Shown: positions 26,404 through 40,295, counted from the stretch's first letter. The stretch: 64,000 nucleotides of DNA from Squalus acanthias (GCA_030390025.1 CM059432.1:100876001-100940000); one strand, 5' to 3'. Translations and numbers: made by a program. The notes: generated from the sequence alone by a model not told the origin.

Positions 26404-27297
26404 GGGGGAAAAATTCAGTTGGTTGCGCCTCCCGTTAGCGCCTTAAGAGGGCGCTAATGGGGCGCAAAGCATCTAGCGCCCAGGCGCGGCGAAGTTTGCG
26501 CCGCTCGCGAAATTAACTAGACATTTTGCGGCGACGCTAAACACTACCGCCACGATCTCCTGCGCCGGCAGATTGTGACGTCAGTCGAGTGCGCAACGCC
26601 CCGGTATCGCCCCGGAGCGGATATTGAGTGGTGCCCCCTGCCTTACCGCCTGACGCTAGCAACGACAGTTTGAGTGGAGCGTTCTGCAGTCATGAAGGGA
26701 AAGGGGGAGCGCTATTTAAAGGTGACCGCTTCCTGCCTTTTATTGTTGGTGCCATTTTTGAACTACGCATTCTGAGAGAGAGAGAGAGAGAGACTTCTGG
26801 AGAGTTTCAACGTTGTGTGAAGGAGTTTTAGGTACTGAGCAGCACTTTGCAGGTTCATTTTGATTTGCCATTCCTTGTATCGATTTAGAAGAGACTGTGG
26901 GGGCTGCACTCTGAGCTCTTTGCCTGGTACTCTCCATTGTCCTTTCCAGCAGATTTGATGTGCAGGTCTCTCCAGGCCGAGATTCAAGGCTGCAATTAGC
27001 AGGATGTGGATTGAAAGTGAGATTAACCATCCCCTTTAAGAACTGGCCCGTGCCATTGTGTGTGTGTTCCATTGCTGACTGACATTACATGAGCTTCGCC
27101 AGCGCTCTGAGGTAGCGCCTCGCTCCTCGGCCTTTGCGCCTTAAGACAGGTGTGAAGCGCCTGATTTAGCGCTCCAATCACCTCCGGGGCGATAAAAGTC
27201 AAGTTTGCAGTCGGTGGCGATAATTAGTGCCAGGCGCTAATCTTTGCGCCCGGCCGATAATTGCGCCCCAAATGGGGCGATACTGAATTTCTCCCCC
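26404..27297. mobile_element. Young Harbinger MITE (894 bp)
   Basis: TIR GGGGGAAAAATTCAGT / GGGGGAGAAATTCAGT (15/16 match); TTA TSD on both sides (26401-03, 27298-300); CpG-rich ends; internal (GA)n at ~26774-26792. Confidence 0.92.
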
Positions 27298-27384
27298 TTA
27301 TTTTCTTAGACTAACAGTCGTCACCTTGAAGAGCAAAAAAAAACCAGGAAAATGTCATTGTTGATTACAAAATAAATTGGATGC

Positions 27385-27402
27385 GTTAGCCATGACTCAG
27401 TT

Positions 27403-27433
<31 letters not shown>

Positions 27434-27520
27434 GTGGGTTCAAGTTCCACTCGAGAGACTTGAGCACAATAATCTAGGCTGACACTCCAATGCAATACTG
27501 AGGAAGTGCTGCACCGTCAC
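27385..27520 (+). mobile_element. Deu-SINE tRNA-derived head
   Basis: A-box-like tgactcagttggta and B-box gggttcaagttcc, then aatctaggctgacactcca as at 22570. Confidence 0.8.
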
Positions 27521-28770
27521 TGTTATGCAAGATAAGGGTTCATGGGGTTGGGGGTAATATAGGATCAGTGCTTGGGCCTCAGCTATTTACAATTTATATG
27601 AATGACTTAGATGAAGGGACCGAGTGTAATGTATCCAAGTTTACTGACGATACAAAGCTAGGTGAGAAAGTAAGGAGGACACGAAGAGCCTGCAAAGGGA
27701 TATAGACAGGTTAAGTGAGTGGGCAATAAGGGGGCAGATGGAGCATAATGTGGGGAAATGTGAGCTTATTCACTTTGGTAGGAAGAATAGAAAGACAGAA
27801 TATATTTTAAATGGTGAGAAACTATTAAATGTTGATGTTCAGAGATTTATGTGTCCTCAAACAGGAAACACAGAAAGTTAGCATGCAGGTACAGCAAGCA
27901 GTTAGGAAGGCAAATCACATTGTATTGCAAGGGGGTTGGAGTACAAGAGTAAGGAAGTCTTGCTACAATTGTACAGGGCTTTGGTAAGACCACATCTGGA
28001 ATACTATGCACAGTTTTAGTCTCCTTATCTGAAGAAGGATATACTAAGGCTGGGTCATTAAATACATTTAAAGTGGAGATAGACAAATTTTTGCAAGATA
28101 AGGGAGCGAAGGGTTATGGGGAGCGGGGTGGGAAGTGGCTTTGAGCCCGAGATCAGCCACGATCTTATTGAATGGCGGAGCAGGCTCGAGGGGCCAAGTG
28201 GCCTATTCCTGCTCCTATTTCTTATGTTATGTTCTTATACTTGCCTTACAACCGGTGCAACAAACGTTCACTAGATTGATCCCTGGGATGAGAGGGTTGT
28301 CCTATGAGGAGAGATTGAGTAGATTGGGTCTATACTCTCTGGCGTTTAGAAGAATGAGAGGTGATCGCACTGAAACATACAAGATTCTGAGGGAGATTGA
28401 CAGGGTAGATGCTGAGAGGTTGTTTCCCCTGGCTGGACAGCCTAGAACTAAGGGGCATAGTCTCAGGATAAGGGGTCGGCCATTTAAGACTGAGATGAGG
28501 AGGAACTTCTTCACTCAGATGGTTGTGAATTTTTGGAATTCTCTACCCCAAAGGGCTGTGGATGCTAAAGTATTGAGTATATTCAAGGCTGAAAGAGATA
28601 GATATTTGGACCCTAGGGGAATCAAGGGATATGGAGATCAGGCAGGAAAGTGGAGCTGAGGTCGAAGATCAGCCATGATCTTACTGAATGTTGGAACAGG
28701 CTCAGTGGGCAGGTGTGGTGGGGGCTGTATGGCCTACTCCTGCTCCTAATTCTTGTGTTCTTATGTTCTT
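27521..28770 (+). mobile_element. CR1 LINE 3' portion (RT to tail) with a nested CR1 tail fragment
   Basis: [21 protein letters not shown] 28135-28659 (GMRGLSYEERL...WNSLPQ); tail ending ttcttgtgttcttatgttctt; nested fragment 28046-28235 flanked by TATACT. Confidence 0.92.
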
Positions 28771-28779
28771 ATTAAAATT

Positions 28780-30772
28780 AATTCCGAAATGGCAGTCTTC
28801 AGCTCTTAAAACGGAACTGCCTTCTGCACGTAAAAAATGGTAAAAGTGCTTCAGCACTAAAGCAAATGGCTCAACAACCAGGGAAGGGGCACCCAGGGTC
28901 TTGCACACAGCACTCCAGCTTTGTGTAGAGGGTCAACACTACAAGGGAGGTCCTCTACTCCTCCAGAAAGAAGGATGTGGGACCAGATCGCCGTGGCCAT
29001 CACTGCCAGCAGTGTCGCGCCCATGACCTGGCTCCAGTGCCCAAAGACGTTTCATGACCTCAGACCAGTGGTCAAGGTCAGTGAATGCATCTTCAAAAGC
29101 TGTCTCCTACCAACTGCACCACTAGCCTCACACACAGCTCAATGCACGACTCCCCCGCACCACCCCCCCCCCCCACCCCCAAATCACTCACCTACCATCA
29201 ATCTGTACCAAACACAAGGCACACCTTACATTCCAAGCTTCACCTCATACCCTCAGAGAAGACAATGCTGGCCATTCTTGGCAGGGGCATGGCTGAGACC
29301 TTGGCCAGCAGCAGGGCTGAAAGAATACAAGATGCTGGTATCCTCATACGTTATCCCCCTTCCCACATTCCACTTTCCCCTCATCCCATAATATCTTCTG
29401 ATTTACAAGGTGCGCATGGTATGAGCATGCAGCTCTTGTTTTCCCGCCCTCCCCTCACCACAACTCTACCCTTGTGCCTTTCTCATTTTAGACACCCAAG
29501 AAATGCAGCTTGCCCAGCCAGTGGTTGACCAAGAAGAGGGAGAGGAGAGGGAAGAAGAAGAAGAAACACTGTCACTTGATTTCACACTCCCAGCCACCCG
29601 ATCCTTGAGGTCGACCAGCAAGGCCATTTGTAGTGTCCCCCACTGAAAGTCAGCAGCCTTCCACCAGTCATGCTGCAGCCACTGGGGTAGCACGTCACTA
29701 GGATAGGCAAAGGCACACACAAGACAGTCACTAAGAGAATGCACAAGGATGATTAGTTGATTTCATGATGTCATATTGGATGGAGAGATGTATAAAGTTG
29801 GATTAGAAAGTTTGATTTGTGGTGGCTTTTATTTCAGCATTATGGCCAAAAAGTCTCTGTGATGGTCAGTAACAGAGGGAAGGCAAAGTGTGGATCAAAT
29901 GTTGAAAGGGAAATTGGGATTGTGGCCACTGGTAAAGCAGGAGGATGATTCCATCCCGGATATCCTGGCCAGAAAGGGGCTATCTGGTTTTATCCTTCCT
30001 TTCACTTCCTCCTCTTCTGCTTCTTCCTCTACTGCTTCCACCTCTTCTTCCCTCTGCGAGCAGATTGTCCCCTTTGCTGCCTTTGCTTCATCTCCACGTG
30101 TCTTCCAGGACTGTGAGCAAGTGTTCTTCTTAGAGGCAATATATTGCAAATGCTGGAAAGCTGAAATAAAAGCAAAAAATGCTGGAAATACTCAGCCGGT
30201 CAGGCAACATCTCGACCTGAAACCTTAACTTTGTTTCTCTCGCCATGGATGCTGCCCGACCTGCTGAGTATTTGCAGCATTTTCTTTCTTCTCAGAGGCA
30301 TTCCTTTACCATCCAAAGCCTTGCAAGTGTCCAGCAGCACTCCCTGCACCCTTTAACAACATTTTAAGTCTGTTGCACCAAGCCACTACTGCAATAAAAT
30401 ATTTTTTAAAGTTCAAAAGCTGAAATCCAAACTTACCTGAAAGATGTGTGTGTCCCTTTAAGAAGCGCTGATAGCATCTCTGCAGAGCTGCTTCAGACAC
30501 ATTTCACTGTGCATATTCAGGACACAGCGTTATGGAGAGCGAAAACGTCCAAAATACAGTTGTGGCGTCAAATCAGGCGTTACACGACGATTGACGTCAC
30601 GATCTGCTTATTTAAATTTGAGATGTCAGCGCTGTCAATGGCAGTGCTATGGCTCTCACCAAAATGGCTGCTGCAGTGTCCCGCACCAGAAGCGGACAGA
30701 AGCGAGGCGTCCACCATTTTTTTAACAAAACCACCCTTAACAGCTGGCGCTACACCGGAGAATTACTAGGCC
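28780..30772. mobile_element. Deleted Harbinger element (Myb exons on +, transposase ends on -)
   Basis: Exon 1 28866-29076 (MWDQIAVAITASSVAPMTWLQCPKTFHDLRPVVK, then GT donor); exon 2 and 3 fragments; acidic transposase tail at 29900-30140 on -; right terminus gaattactaggcc; left terminus not found. Confidence 0.75.
30141..30285. repeat. Penelope-derived palindromic element nested in Harbinger
   Basis: Same inverted arms as 21608; retains gacctgaaaccttaact. Confidence 0.75.
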
Positions 30773-31869
30773 ATAACGTTTAGCAAAAATGGACATTGAA
30801 TGGTGGAGTTGATTAAACACTATCCTACATCTCTGAGAACTTGGTCCAAGTTCAGCCTAAAATGATGGGGAAGCAATCGTTTCTGTCTTTTGGCAGTAAA
30901 CAGCATGTATAACATGAGTTTGAGCATTAATAGGAGGATATTAAGTGAAATGCAACTCACTCAGGATTAAAATTCCTACTGTAGCCAGAAGCTGGGGGAG
31001 AATGTGTATTACAATGAGATGAACCAGTTTGCTAACTGATGCTTCTCATGTACTGCACCAGCTTGAGACAACAAAGGACAATGGTCCTTCCTGTGGGACA
31101 TCCAGACTCCTTATTCCAGGATGGACTGAGTCATTTGGGAGTGGTAGTTCTAATGGTCAATTCTCAGACAAGAATATGGTCAGAGGTCTATCTAGAGCAG
31201 ATCCACAGCTCGTAACAGGATGTATGGAGACAATTAGTCTGAATCTAACTCTGCTATACCTGACTTTGGGATACAAGATGTTGACTCCTCGTGCCTGAAA
31301 TGTTAAAAGTATTCAATTCCTCAGAATTAAAAATTTTCTTTTTTTTTTTAAAAGTGGGTAAAAAAAATAAATCAAAAATTGTACTTAATTGCATTTGGTT
31401 TAATCATTTTCAAATTCAATGCTCCTCTCAACAACCCACTGAAATACGACCAATGATGGGAAGCTAAAGTAATCCACATTTCAAAACAGTTCTGAAATAC
31501 TGTTTCGTGCTAGAATTATAAAATACATTTATCTACATGTAACTGCCAGGTACTGGACACATTCAATCCTACTGAACACCAGGGATTGGGAACATGTGTT
31601 GTCCAACACACAGCCCCACCCAACATCACCAGGGACTGGAAACATGTGCTCTCTGACATGCACCCCCAACAGCATCAGAGCCTTGGACAGCTCCAACACC
31701 TGTCTTCCAGTGATCATCAAATGGAGGAAATGATATAATACTAATGAGGATAAAAAGCACCAACATTGTTTTCCTCCATCTCCAGCCTCAGATGCCAACT
31801 TCCAGATATGATTTTGGGAAATTGAAGCCAGAAACCTTTCTCCCTTTCATATATATATGCAGTATTTTT

Positions 31870-32128
31870 AAAGGGAGAAGTACAAAAAGGCAGGCCAGTG
31901 CGAACTGGGTGCAGGCAATGATCATGGTCGGCCAATTTTGCATATGGTGCCTCAAGCCGGCGTGAAGACTCCTATTTGCAAATGCGCCTCTTTTTCTGCC
32001 ATAAACAATATGGCAGGCAGTGCCCTTCCAGTGCCGAATAAGAGTGCGGGCCTCATCCGCCATATTGAGTGCTTAAGCGTCAGCCTCATGCCTGATAAAC
32101 GGACGCGGCACTAATGAATTTCTAGGCC
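31870..32128. mobile_element. Harbinger MITE fragment (right end)
   Basis: CpG-rich, ends gaatttctaggcc like 21072-21089. Confidence 0.5.
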
Positions 32129-32846
32129 ATAAAAATACTGAGCTATTCTGACATACGCCCAACATAGCCAGTCAAATCAGGCAACCTACTATCATGGGAA
32201 AACACTCCTTTTATAATAAAACAGTGTTTATTTTGACTCACTGTCAGCAATACCACAAGAGATCTACTTGACTTCATAATAAAATGTGTTGTGTCTATCA
32301 TGTATGTTGTGACCATCAAACCATCATTTTTTTTCTTCCATATTGGTTAAATGTTAAGTCTATGTTTTACCACTTATTAATTGGTCCACCTCTGTCATAC
32401 TATGCCAAACCTCTAAACATTTTAGCTAATCATGTTCCAGAAAAAACTAATTCTCCTAGACATGGCCATCAGAACAATTTTCCACTATATATCACAAAAT
32501 AAAGTTGATCATATAACTCATAAAAATTTGGAAATGTAGGCCAAATTTACCTATTAACATACCGATTCCATCTTCTAATCACTCCTCCTGCTTTTCACAC
32601 ATTCTGTCCCCAACGCATGAGCCCCAAACTTCACACCTTCCTATTGTCTCCTGATCTCAGCCTGATATGGCTTCCAACCCCATTTCCAAGATGGCTCTCC
32701 TGATTAGCAATTGCTCCTCAAGTTGCTTCATCTCTCCTTAAATGCTTTGCCTCAGTGCTGCTCCTCACTCCAGGCATGGTTCCTGATCCAACCTAGACTT
32801 CACGATTCACAGCCTTTCCTCCCTTTTTAGCCTTATAAAAATACCA

Positions 32847-33287
32847 GGGCTGGACTTCAGAAGGAGGCAATTTGGGGATCAACCTGGGGCGGGATGAAAC
32901 TTTCGGCTTACCCTGATCCCATTCCAATTCCAGGAATGAGGAGCATTTATATACTGTTGGAGGGCACAATGGGGTGCCAAACTCGCCATGGTGCTCTTGC
33001 AGTGCAAGAGTGTTGGCCCGAAAATTTACATAAAAGTTTAGCCCATTCACTTATTAGACCAGTTTCCATAAAAGCTGTTGATAGCAGTAGGAAAACCCCA
33101 GTCCTTTAAGTTTTAAATGACTCTGCTGGCCTTAGCAACGCTGGATGCCTGGGATGCACAGGCACCACATGGGCTTCAATATCTGATGGGCAGAAAAAAT
33201 GGATAGGAATTTGGCATAACCAGTCCCATCCCAGCCCACTCAGAAAGCACTTTATTCTTGACCCCAGGGCCATGGAATTTCTGGGCT
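32847..33287. mobile_element. Degraded Harbinger-type MITE
   Basis: Imperfect termini gggctggacttc / gaatttctgggct. Confidence 0.35.
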
Positions 33288-33682
33288 ACATAATGATTAC
33301 TGTTACTGGTAAGTGCATAATTGAAAAACATGCAAAGATAAAAACAGCAAACACTGGGAAAAAAAAACACAATTCAGAAAAAAACTCATTTACCCATAAC
33401 TTTACCCATCCTATCTTGCAATTGCCTCCTCATGAACAACCTGATGTAAGCCCTCCCCCCGATACAGGGCGCGAAATACAAAGAGATATATAATATTGTA
33501 GAAGTAAACATATCTTGAAGCAATAAAAGGAATCACAATAGAATGATGATTACATTGAGTACAAAAGTAGACCCAGTGCAGGCCAAATATTAGAGAAAAA
33601 TAACTTTTTATAACTTGATATAGAACCAAACAAAATGCAAATATTTAGGGGATACCAGCATAGATTATTTCTAATCAGAAAA

Positions 33683-33895
33683 AAATACTGAAGATCTGAA
33701 ACCAAAACAGAAAATACTGGAAAAAGACAGTAGGTCCATTCGCATCAATAAAGTGAAATGGTAAATTAATGTTTTAGATGCAAGCCATTTAACAGAATTG
33801 AGAACTGGCTTATTTCTCAGTGAGGTTGCACCCAAACCTTTAACCAGTTTTTTTTTTACAAAGATTGCCAGACCTATGTATTTCCAGCATTTTCT
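33683..33895. repeat. Old Penelope-derived palindromic element
   Basis: cagaaaatactggaaaa ... tatttccagcattttct arms, diverged. Confidence 0.6.
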
Positions 33896-34703
33896 AAAAT
33901 TATAGATAATATTCTGTTTAATATCTTAAAATTCTGTTTAATATTTTTGTCCATGAGAAATGCCACAGGAAATAAATTAGTTTTTTAAAGGATCCAAAGT
34001 TAAAACACATTATTACATTGTCTCTGCTTATAATTACACTAAGTACAGTGTAAAATCCAATATTTAAGCACTATGAGGACACACTAAAAGCTTCAATGCA
34101 GATATCAGACAGTGATGATGCAGTACTTTAACATTCACTTCCATTCTAAAGCACTTACAAAATGGTTTTTTGAAGTGTAACCTAATCAACTATATGGCTT
34201 TATTTTCATAATCCTGGGATAGCTAAAACATTCCATTTTATGTAGTGTCCCCTTCATTAAGGTCATAATATCAAGAAAGTTTGCCCCAAAATAGCTATAA
34301 TTACCTACTGTTGCAATGTACCTGACTTATAATTGGCCTTGGCACTGGTCCTGAAGGAATGTTTTATTTTAATGTATGTGGAAAATGTATCTAAATTATG
34401 CTGAGTGAATGTAAGACTTTATTCGCTTGTGATAATATGCACTATCTTGTTCTGTAAGCAAAACCAAGAGGAATGCTGCAATGAGAATAATAATTGAGCA
34501 ACTTTTTCTTCTTCTTGTGAATCATTCAGTGTGCATTCCAAATTATTATTTTGATACAATTAGTAAAACGAAGAGTGAACTTTCTACATTCTCTGCTACT
34601 TTAACCCTTAGACTACCAGCAGATACTGGAAGTTGACTGTCTCCCTCGACTGACCGCTTTTATAAGTTTTCACCTCACATGCTATAATACTGAACTAGAC
34701 AAT

Positions 34704-34877
34704 GACTCTGAAATTCCACTGGGGTTTTCCTGACCTCCCCTCATAAATTCAGTGGGAGACTGACAGAACACCCAGAGAAACAACATAAACAGCTGCACTG
34801 TTTCTCTGGGAGTTTCCCTGATTTCCTGCCAAAGTTACGGTAAGGGATAGGGCGAACGTCCATGGAATTTCAGGACC
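34704..34877. mobile_element. Small palindromic MITE (~170 bp)
   Basis: ctgaaattcca / tggaatttcag termini with further internal inverted similarity. Confidence 0.55.
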
Positions 34878-34999
34878 AATATGAAGGTAAAGTTTTTCCA
34901 ATATCATAAGTAGCACTGTTATTCTAATATTGGCAGTAAGGAAACTAACAGCTTCAGTTCAAATCAATTCTTCATCTCTTTGACCACACAAAATGTCAT

Positions 35000-36930
35000 C
35001 TTGCATTTGTGTAGCACCTCTAACACAGCAAAACATGCCAAGGTACTTCATATTTCAGAATCAAATCTGATAGAAGCAAGTGGGAGGATGGCCAAAGGCT
35101 GACAAGGAAGGCTATAAGGACGATGCCGAGATGAGGAAAAAATAGCAGCATGAAGGAGCTTGAGGAGGGAGTTCAAAAGTGTGAGGGCAAGTTGGCTGAA
35201 GGTTATGTCACTGATTGTGGAGCTCAGGCAGCAGACCAGTGTTGCAAAGCTGGTGGGTATTGACAGGGATATAGGAATGGTAGAATTTGCACAGATAGGG
35301 GGACAAAGCCATGCAGGAATTTGAAGGCAAGGATTTTGAAGTCCATGTGCTGAGGGATGACAGCCAAGGGAGGCCAGCCAGGAAAGGGGCGATAGATGAG
35401 CAGGATCTCGTGTAGAACAGGATTTAACTGCTAAAGTACAGGATGAGTTGGAATTTGTAATACGGAGCTCAGGAGCCAAGCAAGAACCACATTGCTGGTG
35501 GTGAAAAAAAAGCTGGATGAGAGTTTCACTGGCATGGACAGTTGGGCTCTGCCACATTGAGCTTCAGTGGGCATCTAGGAGGGGGATGCGATTGGGCTGG
35601 GGTGTGGAGTTTCTGTCAACTGTCAAACAGGATGGATCTAGTCTTGCCAGTGTTGAGCTGCAAAAAAAATAGTGTCTCATCCACAACTTAGTGTCTGATG
35701 GGCAGTATGACAGCACAGCACAGTCACGGAATCAAGGGTGACAGAGGAGATGTAAAGCTGGGAATCACTGGCTTACATATAAAAACCAACACCCATGCTT
35801 ACAGATAGTGTTGCTGAGAGGCAACATATGCAAGAATATTGATGTTTTTACTTTGCATTTGTTTTAATGGAGACAAAGCTATAATATGGAAAGGATTTGT
35901 TTAAGTCATGTTCTCGAAAAAGCCAGTTTTTCCCCGTCATGTTCTCAAAAAACCCTTCTCAAAACTGCTGATGAGAAGATAGTGAAACACAAGCTTTTAT
36001 CACAGCAGTGATAAAAGTGGTACTGCCATGAGTGCGTACACAGAGGATTGTTTACATCAGAAGATGGTTTGGGGGGGGGGGAGGTAATAAATAAGAGGTA
36101 ACACTCTAATGTGAAAGGGGTACGAATGAGGCCTCTTATCTCTGTTTGGTAAACTATTTGAAACAAATGGGTGGTTGGAAAACATGAGGTAAGGGTTGCA
36201 TTCAGCAGGAAGAGAACCATAAACCAAAACGGTATAAGAGACAGATGCCATGTTTCACTTAGAATGGAGAAAAAGAGGAAAGAAGGAAGGAAACACTGGG
36301 AGATTTGGAGAAGCCATCTTAATTTCTCATTAAATCTACGCACAGTAAGTTTTGGACGCAGGGCTAACATGCGCTATTCTGTACAGTTGGTTGGAGTGTA
36401 TAAGATTTTGTTGGTTAGGGTGTTTCAGATTAATGTTTTGTCGGTAATAAATTAAGTGAATTATCAAACATATTACTGCCTCTAGTTGTATGAATTTGTT
36501 TAAAGGGTAAGGAAGGAATTAACAACATATAGATCAGAAATTGGAATGAGCCACGGACAGAAGCTTTGGCATACCAGAGGTGACCATATGGGTATGGGAG
36601 GAGAAGCTATTGCAGGAGATGGGCTGGTCATTTTGGCAAAGGTAGGAATGGAACCATGAGAGTTCAATTTTATTCAGACGGACCACAAAGGAGAGGTTGT
36701 GGAGGATACTGTCATAGTTAACTGTGCCAAAAGTTGCACAGAGCTCGAGGATAAACCAGCATGGTCAGTCACACAGAGTGTTCAGGTTTCTGTGCTGTGG
36801 GAGGAATGGAAGCTGGATTCAAGCAATTCGGGTAGAGAGGTGGATGTAAAATTTGGATCCAATGATTAATTCCAGAAATGTAGGGAAGAAGGAAGGTTGG
36901 AAATGGAGCAGTAGTTAGAAAGGAAAGAGG
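35000..36930 (-). mobile_element. Ancient L2-like LINE remnants (two blocks, ~35000-35830 and ~36530-36930)
   Basis: L2-type tail at 35000 (cttgcatttgtgtagcacc); degenerate RT motif LELCATFGTVNY (LDLSAAFDTVDH-like) near 36720-36750. Confidence 0.5.
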
Positions 36931-36959
36931 ACACACATTTCCAGCTTGCCTTAAATCTC

Positions 36960-37985
36960 CCTGCCCAATTTTGCATAAAATGCCCCACTAGCATTCCTTC
37001 ATTTCTGGCCTGCCATCTTTATCAACATTGGTGCCTCCTTGAATCTGCTCAATAACTGCTTTGCTACCATTTTCAATGCTTGTTTCCATCAGATTCCGAT
37101 GGTTTCCCACCACCACTGTTCTACTCGGTATAACAGTAAACTTCATGGACTCAAGTCTATGGTCTGCAGATTGTAGTATACATGGCATATAACGTGCCTT
37201 GCTGTCCACCATCGGAACTAGATTAACAATGTCAAGCAATACCATCCCTTCCTTTTCGCGACCGAATCCTCCTGTCATTTCAGGATCATCCTGAAGGGCA
37301 AGGATCATACAAAATTTATTTTCTGCACCACTAACTGCTTCTTCTAATCTCCTTTCCTAGCACCCTCAATACTTATTTCTCATAGATATGAGAAACTAGT
37401 GAAATTCTTTGTTTCTAAAATCAATGTTATTCTTTCACCTGCCATTGCCTCACCCACCCCAGCTCCTCAGTAACCCTTGCCTCAGGCCTCAGCCACCATC
37501 CCATCCACACTCAGCAACATTTGCCTTCACTTCCCCAGCCCTAATCAAATTTCTTTTCGCTATCAAGCCAACTCACTACTCCCTCAAGTTCTTTTTGACA
37601 GAATTTTTGACTACCTGACTTCCTCTTGGTCCCATATTCTTAACCATTGTTTCCACCCCTTTCAAAAGCATCTTGCTGAACCCACTTCTTTGAATCCAAC
37701 TTTGAGCCATCTATCTTCTCAAACTACTGCTCATTGTTTCATCACCATTGAACAGATCATTATCACCCAACAACATGTTCAACTCTTTCACCATTTCCTG
37801 TTTGAATACCCCAGTTTGGTTCCATCCAATCTACAACACCAATACTCCCCTGGTCAACGTTACAATTGAAACTAGTGTGGTGCAGTAGCAGCTTTCTGTG
37901 CCATTCACTTCTTCCTGCAACCTTCAACATTGCTGAACATTCAATTTTCTTCTACTGTCTCCCCTCTGTGGGGCAGCTATGTGGC
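36960..37985 (+). mobile_element. Ancient L2-like LINE ORF2 remnant
   Basis: Pyrimidine-rich; degenerate L2 ORF2-like motifs (SRIILKGKD; AAFDT-like segment near 37915). Confidence 0.4.
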
Positions 37986-38095
37986 TCTAGAATCAGATAA
38001 TGTTATAGCACAGAAACAGGCCATTCAGTTCATCAAGTCTGCACTGGTGTTTTTTTCCTCCATGAGCCACCAAGTCTAATCCCACTATCATGCTT

Positions 38096-39322
38096 ATAAG
38101 AACATATGAACATAAGAAATAGGAGCAGGAGTAGGCCATTTGAGCCTGCTTCGCCATTTAATAAGATCATGGCTGATCTTCTACCTCAACTCCACCTTCC
38201 CGCACTATCCCTACATTCCTTGATTCCCTTAGCATCCAAAAATCTAACGATCTCTGTCTTGAATATATACAAAGACTGAGCATCCACAGCTCTCTAGGGT
38301 AGGGAATTCCAAAGATTCACAACGCAAAGAAATTTCTCCCCATCTCAGTCCTAAATGGCCAACCCCTTATTCTGAGAACGTGACCCCTAGCTCTAGACTC
38401 CCCAGCCAGAGGAAACATCCTCCCAGCATCTACCCTGTCAAGCCCTGTAAGAATTTTATATGTTTCAATGAGATCACCTCTCATTCTTCTAAACACTAGG
38501 GAATATAGGTCTAGTCTCCTCAATCTCTCCTCATAGGACCATTCCCTCATCTCAGGAATCAGTCTAGTGAGCCTTCATTGCACTCCCTCTGAGGCAAGAA
38601 TATCCTTCCTTGGGTAAGGAGACCAAAACTGTACACAGTACCCCAGGTGTGGTCTCACCAAGACCGTATATAATTGCAGTAAGACTTCTTTACTCTTATA
38701 TTCCAATCCCTTTGTAATAAAGGCTAACATACCATTTGTTTTCCTAATTGCTTGCTGTAACTGCATGTTAACTTTCTGTGATTCGTGTACAAGATGACTC
38801 AGGTCCCTCTGAATACCAACATTTCCCAGTCTCTCACCGATGACAAAATATTTTGTTTTTCTATTTTTCCTACCAAGGTAGATAACTTCACACTTCTCCA
38901 CATTATATTACATCTGCCATATTCTTGCCCACTCACTTAACCTGTCTATGTCCCTTTGCAGTCTCTTTGCATCCTCCTCACAACTTACTTTCCCACCTAA
39001 CTTATCATCAGCAAACTTGGATACATTACACTTGGTCCCCTCATGTAAGTCATTGATATAGATTGTAAATAGCTGAGGCCCAAGCACTTATCCTTGCTGT
39101 ACCCTACTAGTTACAGCCTGCCAACCCGAAAATGACCCATTAATTCCTACTCTCTGTTTTCTGTCCATTAACCAATCCTCAATCCATGATAATATATTAC
39201 CCCAATCCCATGAGCCCTAATTTTGTGTAATAACCTCTCATCTGGCACCTTATCGAATGTTTTTGAAAATCCAAGTACACTCCATGCACTGGTACCCCCT
39301 TTTCTACCCTGCTAGTTACAAC
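38096..39322 (-). mobile_element. 5'-truncated CR1 LINE inserted into an older CR1 3' end (37990-38095 + 39323-39452)
   Basis: ORFs 38317-38550 and 38575-38901 (LVRPHLGYCVQFWSP); tail ataagaacatatgaacataagaa; the flanks read as one older CR1 C-terminus (FFAQRVVTMWNFL...FKMEFD) plus tail. Confidence 0.92.
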
Positions 39323-39454
39323 TTCAAAAACTTTTGATATCCCTCTTTATGAAGCAACTATCAAATTCCATTTTAAAAGAATTTACAGACTCTGGATCAA
39401 CAATAGTTTCTAGCAGAAAATTCCACATTGTCACCACCCTCTGTGCAAAGAACT

Positions 39455-40295
39455 CTGCCATCCCTGATCCAGGCGTCTGATTCTCCCCACCCCCGATCTC
39501 CACCAACCGCTACCCTCCCTCCCGGCCACCACTACCCACCCGGCCCGATTGCCATCTTTAACCATTTACCTGATGTTCGATTTCTCTTCATCGGCAAGTG
39601 GTCAGCGAACGCCTATTAGATATCTGCAGCTTACTGGCTCGATGTTAATGAGGCCCGAGGTCCAATATGTCATGCGGCTCGAGCCTCTCCATTGAGGCAC
39701 GGGGATTCATCCCCACGCCCTCAGCGTGCCCAGGCTTGATTTTCTAGGCACAGGTCTCTGCCCCCAATGCAGTGCTCCAGAATTTCCTGGAGCAATCCCA
39801 CAATACCTAAGTGTTCACCTACAAATGAGGTGAGAGAGGGCATTCCTAGCTTCCTCCAACTCAGCTCTATGGGTTCTCCATCAGAGGGGCATCTGTTGCT
39901 TCCTCTTAGGTGCAGCAGACCTTTGGCGCCCTGCACATTAATGGAGCGGCAACGCCCACAAAATGGGGTTGGAAGCCTCACCACCCCATTAACCCTGACG
40001 ATGTGGCTGACGCCATTTTGAAAGAAGCCTAGAACCGGGCGCCCAAAGCACCCTCCTGTTTCAGGCAGTAGGCCCCATTTAATATGCAAATCAGAGTCAT
40101 AGGAACCCGATTACCATTTTAGGTTGGAACCGGAGCACATGTTGTAAATAAATTGATCAGTTCTATGGCCATAGAACCAGAGAGACCAAGTAAAGGTAAG
40201 TTTGAAATTATTTTTGTGGAACCCAGAGGCATGCTCCTCGGAATCCCACAAAAATAATCTGGGCCACTGCCACGCTAAAAGTCAAAATTGATCCT
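39455..40295. mobile_element. Probable degraded non-autonomous DNA transposon fragment
   Basis: GC/CpG-richer block with motifs shared by Harbinger MITEs here (cgccattttg, atttaatatgcaaat); ends unclear. Confidence 0.35.

Noticed and set aside
27385..27455. tRNA gene
   Set aside because: A and B boxes belong to a SINE head that continues into SINE body sequence; no full cloverleaf.
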